A DNA stretch of 64,000 nt, taken from assembly GCF_009914755.1 (NCBI RefSeq), contig NC_060947.1; one strand, written 5' to 3'. Each line of letters starts with the position of its first letter. The stretch's first letter is position 1. Made by a program: the position numbers and the translations under genes. Source of the stretch: the human T2T-CHM13v2.0 reference genome, Homo sapiens. Shown one piece after another: positions 31,701 through 46,446 of this stretch. A model generated the notes under the pieces. It was not told where the DNA came from. It saw only the letters and a program-made list of their open reading frames with translations, and ran no database searches.

Positions 31701-34700
31701 TTAGAAACATTTATCTAACAAATATGGAGACTGACAAGAGAGATCAGAATTTCTAAGGCCTGAGGCTGGAAGTGAGTGTATGCAAAGGACATTTACAAAT
31801 GAATGTATTCAAATGGATGTTGCAGTAGGGACTGGGGGAGAGATTTTTGCCATTTATTAAATAGTTCCAGTGGTTGTGTATTTATAGTTCACATGAATAG
31901 TGATATTTCTGCAAACATAACTATTTTTAGAGGGAAGAGCATACCATATTTTAGTCTGAGTCATACCAATTGGCCTTGTATGCACACACACACATATAAA
32001 CACACAGACACACATATACTATTCCTGTCAAAGAGAAAGCTAGATCCCAGAAAGTAATTTAATTTTGTTGAATAAAACATGGTTTAAATTAATTGTTTGA
32101 TTTTAAATTGTTGTTGAATTTTGACTCAATCTATTTAAATACCCCATATAAATAACATCGAGACTTGTCATACTTTCATCTTGTTGGAATATTTATATAG
32201 TATAGAGGCATGATACTCCTGAGAGAAGCAGTTTGGGAGAATGATCGTCTGAGGAACTGAATTCATTTAAATGCTTATTTATATCAAACAGGTGCATGTG
32301 TGTGTATAAATGTGTGTGTGTGTACACATAAAAACATTTCTGTTTTTTATTTATATGCTTACTTGCTCTATAATAGACATGTTTATTGTGTACTCAAGCA
32401 ATAAAAAATGCTGAATATCCACTTCTTCATTTAATATACATCATTAGTGCACAGTGCCTGCTTGAAAGCTTTTAGGGAAATTATATATATGATGTAGTGC
32501 ACTTGTAGAAATCTGCTACTTTGTAAATGGTCACGAGTGGTCAAGTTGAACTCTGTCAAATTGAAAGAAATATTTATATTTTGAGGTTGAGATAGGGTGG
32601 AATTTCAAAGAACTTCTCATTTCTATTCATTTGCATTTGTGTTATTTGAGTATTTTACTAAATTCTATTTTACTTTTGTAATCAGGATACAGGATAAAAA
32701 GCAATTTTAAAAAGACAGTGTCAAGTTACTTCTGACCTGAGTAGAACTAATATAGCAGTGAATCCATTAGATAGTATAATATCATGTAGATTATGACAGC
32801 CTTGCTAAGATTTCTTTGAGAGGTAATAAAATTAGTTTTCCTTTGGCTCTGTATTTTATATTAAATGAACACCATGCATACATTCAAATTTATAAAAATA
32901 GAGATTAGAAAAACCACAATAACTTCAGAATTAAATATATGTATAATCAGAATAAGGTTTGAGTCTGTAACAGTTGTACACAGGCAAATTTCCTTTGAAA
33001 TTCACAGAGCCATCTATATATAAAAAAGGGAAAACTAGAAAATTGATTGGCACCATAGCCATCTACCTTATTGTATGAAGCCTTGATCTTCACAGTATCT
33101 TGACCTGCTTTTCATAGTTATTTTACTTGTTCCTGTTTTACTAATTCACACTTCTTGCCAGAGATAAAAATTGCCTTCTGTTGTCCATTGCCTAAGGGCA
33201 CCACTTTCTTTACCTTTCAAGAGAAAAGACATACTAATTTGGTATAGTGCTCTCTGTCATCCATTTAAATAGTGGCCTTTGGAATATAACTACGGACATT
33301 TGTGGTTTAACTAGTAAAACAATGTATTAATTTATGATAAGACTTTTTGACTCAGTAAGAAAAGTAAGCAGTATTGTGGTGAGACTAGATGGTGCTGGGT
33401 ATAAAATAGATTGAGATGGGGAGACTTGTAATACACATCTAAAATCACACATTTAATGACTCTTATCACTTAAAGCTTATACCATCTCTCAACGAGATCA
33501 TCTATGGTTTGTTTGTTCATGTAAAACGGGATTTCCTGTTTATACAAGGAGAACAATGCTAACATGGTTCATCACAGTAATCCAAGGAGTCTGTGTATAA
33601 ATTGCCACAAGAGGAAGAAGTATGTTTTGATGAGTCAGTGTAAATTAATCAGAAACATATTGGTCTGAGCTTGCTTTCACTTTGAGACACAGGAAGGATT
33701 CTAAATATTTCAACTAGAACATTGTAAGTTTAAGGATGCCATATCAAACTGAATTCATGGCATTTGGCCTGAGGCTCAAAAAGTTTGAAGAGAAAACAAG
33801 GTCACCCCCCACTATAGTTAGGGATGCATTTGTTACATTTGCTGATGGACAGATGAGCTCCTTTACATTCTGATTTTCCAGGGGTTTATTTTCGCCCATC
33901 ATTAATTTGCTACAGTTTTCTGCCTCATAATTTATTTAGTTTATCTACTCAGTGACCATTTAGTAAGGAAAACAAAACCCTACATGATGATAGATAAATG
34001 TTGAAGAGGTTATTTTATATTAACCTAAATTTTTACTTTTAGTTTACCATAGATATGGAATAACGAGGACATCTATTATATTACCTGTTTTTTTTTATTT
34101 TCTGCACTAGTGCTCCCCATTATTAATGCAAACAATCAATACCTTGAATGACCAGCAATTTTACTCTTCCTCTTCCATGACATTGTTATTATTTTGAACC
34201 TTAACAGTATTGAAAGAGGATGTGGTCATTCTTGAAATTTATATAAATTCTTTGCTCTCTCTAGATCTATAGTAAAATGTAGTTGTAAGATTTGAGAATG
34301 TGCTCATCAGGAAAAGGAGGTCATATTTTTATTCTGCTTAGTAAGAAATGCTAGTGTGTACCAGCCAAACATTCCTCAACGCTATATGCCAAATTCTCAG
34401 GCTCATTACAATTTGTTTAATTTGTAACCACAGCCCATGATTCAAGGTGAAGAAATGTTGGTTATCTTATGTAATGGAACCTACTTATAGGGCCTCTCTT
34501 AATGAGAACTTAGGTAGCCAGAAGTTGGCAGGAACTGAAGTCTGATTTTGAGCAGTGTTACTCTGTCTTTTCTCAATAGCTAGAGTCTGAGTGCAAAGCT
34601 CATAGGAAATAAAACAAAGTCTATCTGTTGGGACAGAAGTTTCATAAGAATTGTCTTAGGCAAGATTTCTGGAGGCATAATCTTATTTTTAAAGGTTTCC

Positions 34701-35099
34701 TGAAAGTGCTGAAGTCATGGGTTCTGTACTTTAGGACAACATTATGACATTAGGAAAGTGTCAGCAAAGAGCAAATCCTGTTGTGGAAAACTCTTACTCT
34801 CATGAGCTTATCGATTTACTTTTCAAAATATTAGTTTTCTCAGAGGATTTTTGTACTTTGATTCTCCAAGAGCAACTAGCACTCCTGAATGAAGGTATAA
34901 GTCGTGATCTCAAGTTAAACATCCCTTGATATAAGTTTTGCCTGGATGTAATCATTATCAGAAAAATTACTAAATAGGCATGATGCAGCACTGCTACTGC
35001 TGTGAAAAAAAAAAACTTTTTCTTGGTAATGATTGAAGTCCTGCTAACATAGAGAAAGAAACAAATAGCATGTATCCAGAGCAATTCACTTCTTAAGGA

Positions 35100-35158
35100 G
35101 TGTTTGTGTGTGTGTGTGTGAATGTGAGTGTGTGTTTGTGTGTGAATGTCTGTGTGTG
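35100..35158 (+). repeat. Imperfect (TG)n microsatellite
   Basis: Read directly from the sequence. Confidence 0.9.
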
Positions 35159-35199
35159 ATTTATTTAAGGGTAGACTCTTCAGTTCTGTTTTCTTCTTC

Positions 35200-35530
35200 T
35201 AGGTTGAATCCTGAAGAAATAGCAGGAGGTAGATAAGTGAACAAGGGCTGGGAGGATGGGAATGAGTCCTGGGCAGGTAGAGCAGCATATGACAAATCCC
35301 AGAGATTTTAAAAAAAAGTGGACTTTTAAGGAACTAGAAAGAATTCAATACAGCAGGTGCATATAATACACTAGTATGAACAGGACATGTGAATCTGGAG
35401 AGAGAATCAGGGGCCAGATCATGAAGGATCTTACAAGCCAGTTTTTGAGTTTGAACCTTATTCTAAGGGTAATGGGAAACCATTGAAGGTTTAAGCAGGA
35501 AAAGCACATTAATCTAATAGTTAAAATGAG
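35200..35530 (-). mobile_element. L2 fragment
   Basis: GGGCCAGATCATGAAGG...GGTAATGGGAAACCATTGAAGGTTTAAGCAGG. Confidence 0.6.
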
Positions 35531-35726
35531 ATGGCTACTATAATTATTATCTTATAGGTACAGTGTTCTACAGTTTACAAATAACTTTCCAAACCATTAT
35601 CTAATTTAGTCTTCTTAATGGCTTTACAAAATAGATATGTTAATTATGATTATCATTCGCTTTGAACAAATAAATGAATTGAAGCTTGTAGGAATTCATG
35701 AATGTTCAATACTGTAATTGTCAAGA

Positions 35727-36115
35727 ACTGTGAAATATCAGATTTTATTCTGCTTGTTGGAAGCTTAAAAATTTGTTTTTTCCCATTGCCCTTCAAGTAT
35801 CACTGGAGTAATCTGATGTGGCTTAGGTGGCTGCTGCACATTCAGTAATGTACTTCGCAGATGGGGAACCCTGAGCTTAGGAAGCCTCAATGTTTTAACC
35901 TCCCCAACATTTGTACTTGGAGGAAGACATTGTCTTTATTATCCCAGACAACAGCAAATAGACCTGCTCTCTCTCCTAGAAGAATACACTATTTCCATCT
36001 TCCAAAGTTGTTTGCTAGCAAATATCTGTGAAAAGATAGTCTGGTAAAAATCTCTCAATGCTTCTAATCAGATGTGCAGAAAATGAGAAACTCATAGAGA
36101 ATTGTCTCTTATCAA
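35727..36115. mobile_element. Old LTR-like element, family not resolved
   Basis: TG start and LTR-like motifs (GGGGAACCCTGAGCTTAGG, ACATTGTCTTTATTATC); the family was not recognised with certainty. Confidence 0.35.
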
Positions 36116-37694
36116 TAATCCTTAGACTTGGATGCCAAATACCATGCTTGTCCTATACTCCTGTACTTGCATAAGATTTACAATTTTCTTAACATATTCA
36201 CAACATTGAATAAAGTCGAAACCCTTATATAGAGACCAGTCTTCTGTGATATCAAGCAATTTTTGCTCATGACTACACAATTGTAGAATTAAGTAAATTG
36301 ACACAGAAATGTTCCTGGTTTTTTTTTCCCTTGCCCTAGCATTTAGGAAATTTCAGTAACTTTTACTGTCTGAATTTAGAGAAGATAAAACTAAAGGATC
36401 ATGGCCGAATGGTTGCTTTTATATTAAACTTTCAAAATTGCCCCGTCATGGTGATTGGAACTGCAGAACAACATCAATGCTGCCAGAACCATTCAATGTG
36501 AAAGGAAATGACAAGAGCTACAAGGAGCAAGAGAAATGATGAACTAGTAAAATTTCAATAAATAAAGTAGCTGCATTTGGTGTGTTCTTCAATATTTTAG
36601 GACATTGTATCAAATGTGGACAGTGTGTGGGTCATACCCAGTGGGAATACATCAATTTCTACTGTGTAGAGGAAGTGACAGACTTATATTAGTTTAAAAA
36701 GTCCTTAGAAAACTCTGTATCTATGAATTCAGGAAACAGGAAGAGAAAGGACCATGAGTTACTGATCACTTTCCATATCCCATATAATTTATTTAATTAT
36801 AACAACTGTATAAGATCATCATTATTCTTATAATGAATATAAATGAATTTTGAGAAAACTAAATAACTTGCTTAAAATCGTACAGTTGATATGTGACCAG
36901 TCTTAGATTTGAGTTTAGGTAAAACTATCCATGCTTGTCTTCATTTTATGTCACCATACTACCTATGTATAAATTCTTACAATTTCATAGGATACTTAGA
37001 ATTATTATTTCTCAAGAGGGAATGAAATACGTTGACATGGCCAAGTCAATATGTTGTGCTATTTGAGGAAACTTCAAAATATAAACAAAAGCAATAAGAT
37101 AGGTCAGACAAAAAAGCAGTGGCTATGATAGGTTGGTGGTAGGAAAAAGAAAAATAATCAATGACTCTGTTTCTCAAGGTGGAAAAACCTAGACAACACC
37201 AATGTTTATGTGTATTAGCTAATTGGATGCAAGAAGATTTATAAATCCTACCTGCCCAATTCTGTCCGAAAGAATATGTTCATAATGGATATGTTTGCAT
37301 TGTCTGAACTACTGAATCAGATCAACTACTGGGGATTTCATTACTCAGAAACAATTCATTATGGTAGTTAAAAAATATTGTGGTCCCATTGCTTGCATTT
37401 TCTGTAAGAAATTGGTCAATCCAGTGATAGAGTCCAGTGAAACAGATTATTTGGGTCCTGTGGACAAATTAATACATCAAAGTAGTAGTATAACAGGACA
37501 TTTTTCCTTTTCAGGCCGTTGGAGTTGACTTCCTGTAGACACAGCTTTAATCTTAAGAGCCCAAAGAGCAAATGTTGCTTTACTCATTCTTCTTTCAGAC
37601 CTTTAATACAGGCTGTGTATGATTTTGAGATATTGTAATAAGGAGCAGAATTGTATCTGTTTTCTAATGTCAATCAGGGAGCTATGCTATAATC

Positions 37695-37748
37695 TACAGA
37701 TTCTCTAGGCAATTATAATCTTTTCAGACACTCATATCCTACTGTGTT
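37695..37748 (+). repeat. Dispersed direct repeat, copy 1 (54 bp)
   Basis: TACAGATTCTCTAGGCAATTATAATCTTTTCAGACACTCATATCCTACTGTGTT; 53/54 identical to 42792-42845. Confidence 0.97.
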
Positions 37749-38639
37749 GCTCCAACATGGACTCTGAAAAGTAATCTCTCAACACATTCCCAAGAAAATA
37801 AAAACCTCTGGAATGAAATGCACTAGTGGGAATGGAGTCAAGTTCATAAATAATCTGAACTAAATATCTCAATAAAGGCTGTATAGAATCAATTACAATG
37901 AAAAAGCTTCATACAATGAAAAAGCACACTGGGAAATGATTTGAGAGAATGGATAATTTCATTATTTGTTTGGATTTTGATAAATGTGTTTTCCACTTAG
38001 TAACTTTAATGAGAATCCTTGAAATGGAATTAATCATGTTAAATTTTTAAAAAATGAATTAAAGGAAATATTTTAAACAAATTAAAATTAACCTGTGAGG
38101 CTCATACAGTATACATAAGGCAAATATGTTTTTAAAATGGAAAAGTATAATAAATTGGTTGGGGAAAAAGTTGAAATTGTGCTTTAAAAAATTTCCATAA
38201 GTAACATATGATGTCTGAGGAATTGGTAATGTTCCTCATGCCTCCAAGCAGTTGACCTATTATATGGAATGAACTATATTGATAGTAATAAGGTCTTGAC
38301 TGTCTTTTTAGAAAATCACAACTTTTAATTGATATTGGGGTTGCTGCAGCATATTCTTTTGGGAAGCCTTGTGAAATGCCATGGTGTTGGAAGAATTTAT
38401 TATTTTTTATCAGAAGTTTAAAGCTTGTACAGGTAAGAATTTGGGGATGAGGACTATTATTTCTTCTTTCAATAGAAAAGGTTAAAAATAAACATACAAA
38501 TGCAAAGTTATTATTTCAAGCAACTGCCAGATTGTCTTCTGAGCTAGTGATACTTAATAAACAGTTAATAAGGAAGTAAGTCTTTTTGACTGGCTCTTTA
38601 GAATTTTTCTCTTTTCTGTCTTTTATTTCCTCTCCTTTC

Positions 38640-40200
<1,561 letters not shown>

Positions 40201-40706
40201 TGAGGTGGGTGATCAGTAGGACTTGATTTGTGAGCCTGTCATGACCCTGTTAATCAAAGCAGGATGTAGCAAAGAAACGGGCCAGAACTAGCAAGGACCA
40301 AGATGGTGATAAAAGAGACCTCTAGTTGCTCTCATTGCTCCTTACACACTAATTATAATGCATTTGCATAAGATACTCAGTGCCATGACAGTTTATGAAT
40401 GATGCCATGGCAATGACCCAGAAGCTACCTTACGTGATTCTGGTAACTCCCTGCCCCTTTGCAGAAAGTTCTTGAATAACCCACCCCTTTGGTTAGCCTA
40501 TAATTAAGAATGGGTATAAATACAGCTAGCCAGCAATTCATGAGTGCTACTCTGGGCCACTCTGCCTGTGGGATAGCCCTGCTCTGTCTATGGAGCAGCC
40601 ATTTTGCTGTACACTGTTACTCTAATAAACATGTTTTCTTTCACTCTTGACTTGCTCTTGAATTCCTTCCTGAGTGAAGCCAAGAACTCTCCCAGGTGAA
40701 TCCCCA
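40201..40706 (+). mobile_element. MER41-family ERV1 LTR (C/D-like)
   Basis: ACCAAGATGG..GACCTCTAGTTG..CTAATTATAATGCATT..GCCATGACAGTTTA..GCCATGGCAA..GGGTATAAATA..GGAGCAGCCATT..AATAAA..GCCAAGAAC. Confidence 0.8.
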
Positions 40707-40709
40707 TTA

Positions 40710-41255
40710 ATACAAAAAAATCTTATTTCCACTCTATCCTGTTTGTCTCATTGGTAACATGTTGTGATGTTGTAATAGCACATCACAACCAGGATAGTGG
40801 CATTGATACAGTCAAGGTACAGAACATTTCTATCACCACAGGGATCCTTCATATTGCTCTTTTGTAGAGCACCACCCACTCTCATTATTTCCCCCTACCT
40901 TCACCCGTTCTTATCATGTGGCAACTTATCTGTTACACTTTGTATGATATTGCCATTTAAAGAATACACATTGGGTACAGTGTATACTGCTTGGGTGATA
41001 GGTACACCAAAATCTCACAAATCACCACTAAATAACTTACTCATGTAAACAAACACCACCTGTTCCCCCAAAACCTATGGAAATTAAAAAAAAAAACCCT
41101 TACGATGGTAGACTTGTTAATTTCCCCTTTTAATTATAATACATTTTGCTTTGTATGTTTTTTTTTTAAATAATGTTATATAAATGAAATATACAGCATT
41201 TTAGGAATTGCTTTTTTTCATTCATTGTAATTATCTGAAGATTCATCCAGAAAAG
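40710..41255 (-). mobile_element. Old L1M 3' fragment with a nested L1PB1-like 3' tip (+, ~40966-41096)
   Basis: ATCACAACCAGGATA.TG.CATTGATACAGTCAAG; the insert reads TTGGGTACAGTGTATACTGCTTGGGTGAT...CACCTGTTCCCCCAAAACCTATGGAAATTAAAAA. Confidence 0.7.
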
Positions 41256-42390
41256 ACATAAATGTATCATTCAAATGTGTATATCCAATGTGTATTTTCA
41301 TAATTTCCCTTTCTCTCTTTTCCTGCTTTCTCCAACATCACAATATTAACAGGGATGGACAAAGTAAACCATTACCCATTTGACCAGTGGAAGAGAATGC
41401 AATGAGAACTGGAGAAAGTATCTCTAATCTTCACATTGTAGCAAGTTCCTATTTTCTCTAGAAGACAGTTGAGAAGAATGAGTAATGTGGGCTCTCCTGA
41501 GTTTAGTTTCACTTTTAATTAGTTCAGTAAGACCTCTTCTCTGTCAGGCAAAAATATAGGTAAATGGGTAATTAATTGTTTTGGCACTTTATACCTTCTT
41601 TTATCTAAATAACAGTGAGGACATCATTGGGCACTTCTCATATTTTTCAGAAATTAGAAGTATGTGAAAGCAGCAGGTTTTTCTTCAATTGGATAACTAT
41701 AATTTCACACTTAACCAAATATTCTCTCTTCACTAAGTGTAGTACCAAGATAAGTGAAGTAAAAATGTAATGCCAAATAGCAATACCTACCCTATATTTT
41801 CACAAAAGAGGCAATTTAGATTAGATAGTCTTCTATGAGCTAATGGAATAATTGCACACTTGGAGTGTTCATATTTAGAATTGATATTATCTCCATATTA
41901 TTGTGTTTCTAAGGAACCTGTAATCTTGGTATGTAGGCGATAAAACACTTTTCAGAGAGTGAAATTCTTCTCTAAGCCTACTCTGCCTCTGGAGTTTGTA
42001 GAAGGAAGTGCTATGTAACCGGGCTCATACCCAATAGTTGGCATGTATCTTGCCATTCTGCTAGTTTTATTTCCTTCTTTCTGTGGAGTAAATCTCAGAG
42101 ATGAAACTTTTTAGTCCACTTTTCGTTCACGGGAAAAGATGCTTTTAAAAAGGAATATGTAGCTAGAAGGTTGTGCAGTGGGGATTGCATGGATGCACAT
42201 AGAAATGAAAGCATACATAGAAATGAAAACATGCATATGCATTCATGAATTCTGGCTAGTATCAGATTTAATGGTACTCAATTTGTTAGGCTCCCAGGAT
42301 CTAAGTTGTTAGCAACCTGTCTGTAGTAGAGAAGAGTTCAAATTTAGGAGTCCAACACCCTTTTTAATATTGATAATGTTATATACCACA

Positions 42391-42436
42391 GGAGCTTCAT
42401 GTTATTTCTGAGTGGAGCTTCATGTTATTTCTGAGT
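42391..42436 (+). repeat. Perfect 23-bp tandem duplication
   Basis: (GGAGCTTCATGTTATTTCTGAGT)x2. Confidence 0.97.
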
Positions 42437-42791
42437 AATACTCATTACAATGACTGGGAGACTCTTGCAGAGAAGATGGGCATGACAAGGCAATATACAT
42501 AAAAATTATAGTCATTTAATAATAACATTTAAGTAGGGATTATACTGTTAAATTCTTTACATAAATTTTTGCTTTTTATGTAGACCGATAAATTATTTTC
42601 ATAGAACAATGTGAAAGTTGGCATTTTGCACATTCTCCATCAGTGCATCCTTTTTTGGATGAAAATTTCATAGGAACAGTTTCAGAACTTATCCTAGGAT
42701 ATGACATCTCCAAAAAGTTGGCATCCAGCTTTATTCAGCTTTATTACTAAGGTATGTGAGGCTAAGGATTTATGTGTTTGCAGATAATCTT

Positions 42792-42845
42792 TACAGATTC
42801 TCTAGGCCATTATAATCTTTTCAGACACTCATATCCTACTGTGTT
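42792..42845 (+). repeat. Dispersed direct repeat, copy 2 (54 bp)
   Basis: TACAGATTCTCTAGGCCATTATAATCTTTTCAGACACTCATATCCTACTGTGTT. Confidence 0.97.
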
Positions 42846-43780
42846 AATTTTATTAAGTGAAATTCACAAAACATAGGATTTACCATTTTATAATGAACAT
42901 ATCAGTGACATTTAGTACATTCACAATTTTGTACAATCACCATCTTCATCTTAGTTCTATAAGATTTTTATCAACCCCAAATAAAACCCTATATCCATTA
43001 AGCAGTCACTCACCAATTCTTTTCTGTACCAGCCCTTGGCAACTACCAATCTGCTTTTGGTCTCTAGTCTTGATAGTTCATATAATGGACTCATACAATA
43101 TGTGAATTTTAATGTTATAGTTCTGCATGCTTTTTGGGTACACGTGATATTTTGATACATGTATACAGTGTGTAATGAATCAGGGCTATAGGGATATGCA
43201 TCATTTCAAACATTTATCTTTTCTTTGTGTTGGAAACATTACAGATTTTCTCTTTTAGCTATTTTAAATTGTACAATAAATTTTTGTTAACTATAATTTC
43301 CCTACTGTACTATCGAATACTAGAACTTATTCCTTCTATCTAACTGTATTTTTGCACCCATTAACCAATTGTTTCCCCTTCTCTCATGTGTGACTTTTTT
43401 TTTGTCTGGCTTCCTTTACTTAGCAAAATAGCAAAATGTTTTTTTAAGGCCCAGTCATGTTGTAACATTTATCAGTACCTCATTCCATTTTATGAGTGAA
43501 TGATATTCCCATTGTACATATATACTACAGTTTGCTTATTCCTTCATCTGTTGATGGACATTTGGGCTGTTTCTCCCTTTTGAATTTTATAAATAATGCT
43601 GCTGTAAACTTTCTTGTATTTGTTTGAGTACCCACTTTCAATTATTTTGGGTATATACCTAGGAGTGGAATTACGGGTTCATATGTTAATCCTATGTTTA
43701 ATCTTTTGAGGAATTGCTAAACTATCTCCACAGCGGCTGTTACATTTCCACCAGCAATGTACAAGGGTTCCAATTTCTCA
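42846..43780 (-). mobile_element. L1MB-like 3' end with a nested L1MA4/5-like 3' end (~43105-43385)
   Basis: GTGAAATTCACA.AACATA...CATTTAGTACATTCACAAT; the insert reads GGGTACACGTGATATTTTGATACATGTATACA; the host resumes CTGGCTTCCTTTACTTAGC. Confidence 0.8.
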
Positions 43781-44195
43781 GATGGAGGTTGGAATAAGGG
43801 AAGCTTATTTCTTGCATATAGTCACACAGAGACAGAATCGGGACTAGCATCCTGGACTTTTCAGTAATAGCCCATTATTTATTATATCATTCTGCTCCTC
43901 AGATATATAAGATAATATTATTTTGGAAACAGAGAAATAAGTAGTTATAATTTCTAGTAATGGAAAAAAGGCTTGATGTGTGCATGAATAAAGGAACAAT
44001 GAAAGGGATTTGCCAAGAATTCTATCTGTTGTCAAATCCCTTAACTTGTATTTTATTGTTTGGCTAAATATCATAATAATTGACTTTCCAGATACTGATC
44101 TCAAAGTTTCCCTACAATATAATTAACCCTGCTAAATATAAAATTCAGTGATGTTTAGTACATTCATAGAGTTGACCAACCATCACTATATCTAA

Positions 44196-44493
<298 letters not shown>

Positions 44494-45065
44494 TATATCT
44501 AACTTTAAAACATTTTATCATCTCAAAAAGAAAGCTTGTACTTAATGATAGTCACTCCCCATTTTGCCCCTTCCACACAACCCCTGGCAATGATTACTCT
44601 ACTTTCTATCTCTGTGGGTTTGCCTATTTTGGTAATGCCATGTAAAGGGAATCATACAATATATGATCTTTTATGACTGGCTTTTTCCACTTAGCCTAAT
44701 GTTTCCAAGTATTGTCCATGTTATAGCATGCAATACTTCATTTATTTTTACAACTAAATAATGTTCCATTGTATGTATGTACTGTATTTGTTTATCCATT
44801 AATCAGTTGGTAGACCGTAAGGTTGTTTCCACTTTTGGGGTATTATAAATAATACTGACATGAGCATCCATGTACAGTTATTCTGCAAAAATGTGTTTGC
44901 ATTTCTCTTTGTTATTTAGCTAAAAATTGAAGCACTGGATCTTATTGTAGCTATTTTGTTCAACCTTTAGGCAAACTGCCAAACTATTTTCCAAATGGCT
45001 AAACCATTAAAATATCACCAGCAATGTGCAAGAGTTTACATTTCTCCACATCATTGCCAATGTTT

Positions 45066-45730
45066 TGTAAAAGTTGTCAAAATCAAAATAGTCACCACTG
45101 TTAAGGAAACCTTGACAAATATAGATGAGAAAGATCATAAAGATAGGATTTTCATGCTTATAAGCCTGATTACAAAAAGACTGCAAAAACAGAAATCTAC
45201 ACAAAGACTATTACAACCTTATGCAAAAAAATACTTCTGGTAGAACATCTTCCCAGCAACTCTCTATCCACCCTCAGACTGGCATCACTCTTGTTTTTGA
45301 TCTTTATAGTCAAGGCTGATTGTTTCAAAACAATTATGTCATCTTCCTCATTTTTGCCTTTAAAAGCCTTTGTCTTCCTTTATCTCCCTGAGTACATACA
45401 TAGTTTACTATGACATATGTATTCGCATTATAATCCTTTATTCCCAAGTAAATATATTTTCTTTTAGAAAAATCTCTCCCTATTATCTAGGTTGATTTTT
45501 GTGGTGTCAGAAGTGGGATGTAGAAAACATCACAATTGGAAAGAATCAGTGATTTTTGGAGCCAGTGTATGGTACTCACTTGAGCCCTTTAAGTTCTCCT
45601 GTTCCATGACTCACTTTTTCTGCCTTGGTGAGTTTTCTGTCAGACTGAGCCTCCCTCCTTTTGGTAGAAGCTTTTTAATATTATTATGGATCTAGTTTGG
45701 ATGAGGCCATCTTAATAAATGACCATATGT
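45066..45730 (+). mobile_element. LTR37-like LTR (45066-45495) plus start of the internal region
   Basis: TGTAAAAGTTGTCAAAATCAAAAT...TAGGTTGA, followed by a PBS and leader sequence. Confidence 0.7.
45502..45519 (+). promoter_or_regulatory. Retroviral primer-binding site, tRNA-Leu
   Basis: TGGTGTCAGAAGTGGGAT is complementary to the tRNA-Leu 3' end (ATCCCACTTCTGACACCA) and lies just downstream of the LTR end. Confidence 0.85.
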
Positions 45731-45733
45731 CAC

Positions 45734-45873
45734 TCTGACATGCCTACTTCCATTACAATACTTAATCCCTATGTATATATATACACACACACACACATAT
45801 ATACACACACACATATATATACATATATATGTATATAGGGATTAATTATTGTAATGGAAGTAGGCATGTCAGA
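45734..45873. repeat. Inverted repeat, 39-bp arms (1 mismatch), around a (TA)/(CA) microsatellite
   Basis: Left arm 45734-45772 TCTGACATGCCTACTTCCATTACAATACTTAATCCCTAT; right arm 45835-45873 ATAGGGATTAATTATTGTAATGGAAGTAGGCATGTCAGA. Confidence 0.97.
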
Positions 45874-46094
45874 TATATATATCTGTACATATATATATTT
45901 AAAAGACTGTTTCTTATTTAGCTTGACAACCTATTATCTTTTTTAGACAATCTGGTGAATATGAACTGGCGTCTCATTGATTTTGATTTGCATTATTTGA
46001 TGCATAATGATGTTGATGTTGAACAGTTTTTTGTGTGGTTATTGGCCATTTGTATATCTTTTTTGGAGAACTGTCTATTCAGATCATTTTTTAT

Positions 46095-46446
46095 TGTTTT
46101 TGTTTTTGTTTTTTCTTTGTTCTTTTTGTTTTGGGGGTTTTGGTTTTGTTTCTTTGTTTGAGACAGGGTCTCACTCTGTTGCCCAGGCTGGAGTGCAGTG
46201 GCACAATCGTGGCTCACTAGAGCCTTGACCTCCTGGACACAGGTAATCTTCCCACCTCAGCCTCCCAGGTAGCTGAGAATACAGGTGTACACCACCACAT
46301 TCAGCTAATTTTCTTTTGTATTTTTTTTGTAGAGACGGAGTTTTGTAATGTTGCCCAGGCTGGTCTTGAACTCCTGGGCTCAAGCATCCACCCACCTTGG
46401 CCTCTCAAAGTGCTGAGATTACAGGCATGAGCCACTATGCTTGGTC
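46095..46446 (-). mobile_element. AluJ
   Basis: GACAGGGTCTCACTCTG, GCCTTGACCTCCTGG, GAACTCCTGGGCTCAAG; expanded T/G tail. Confidence 0.9.
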
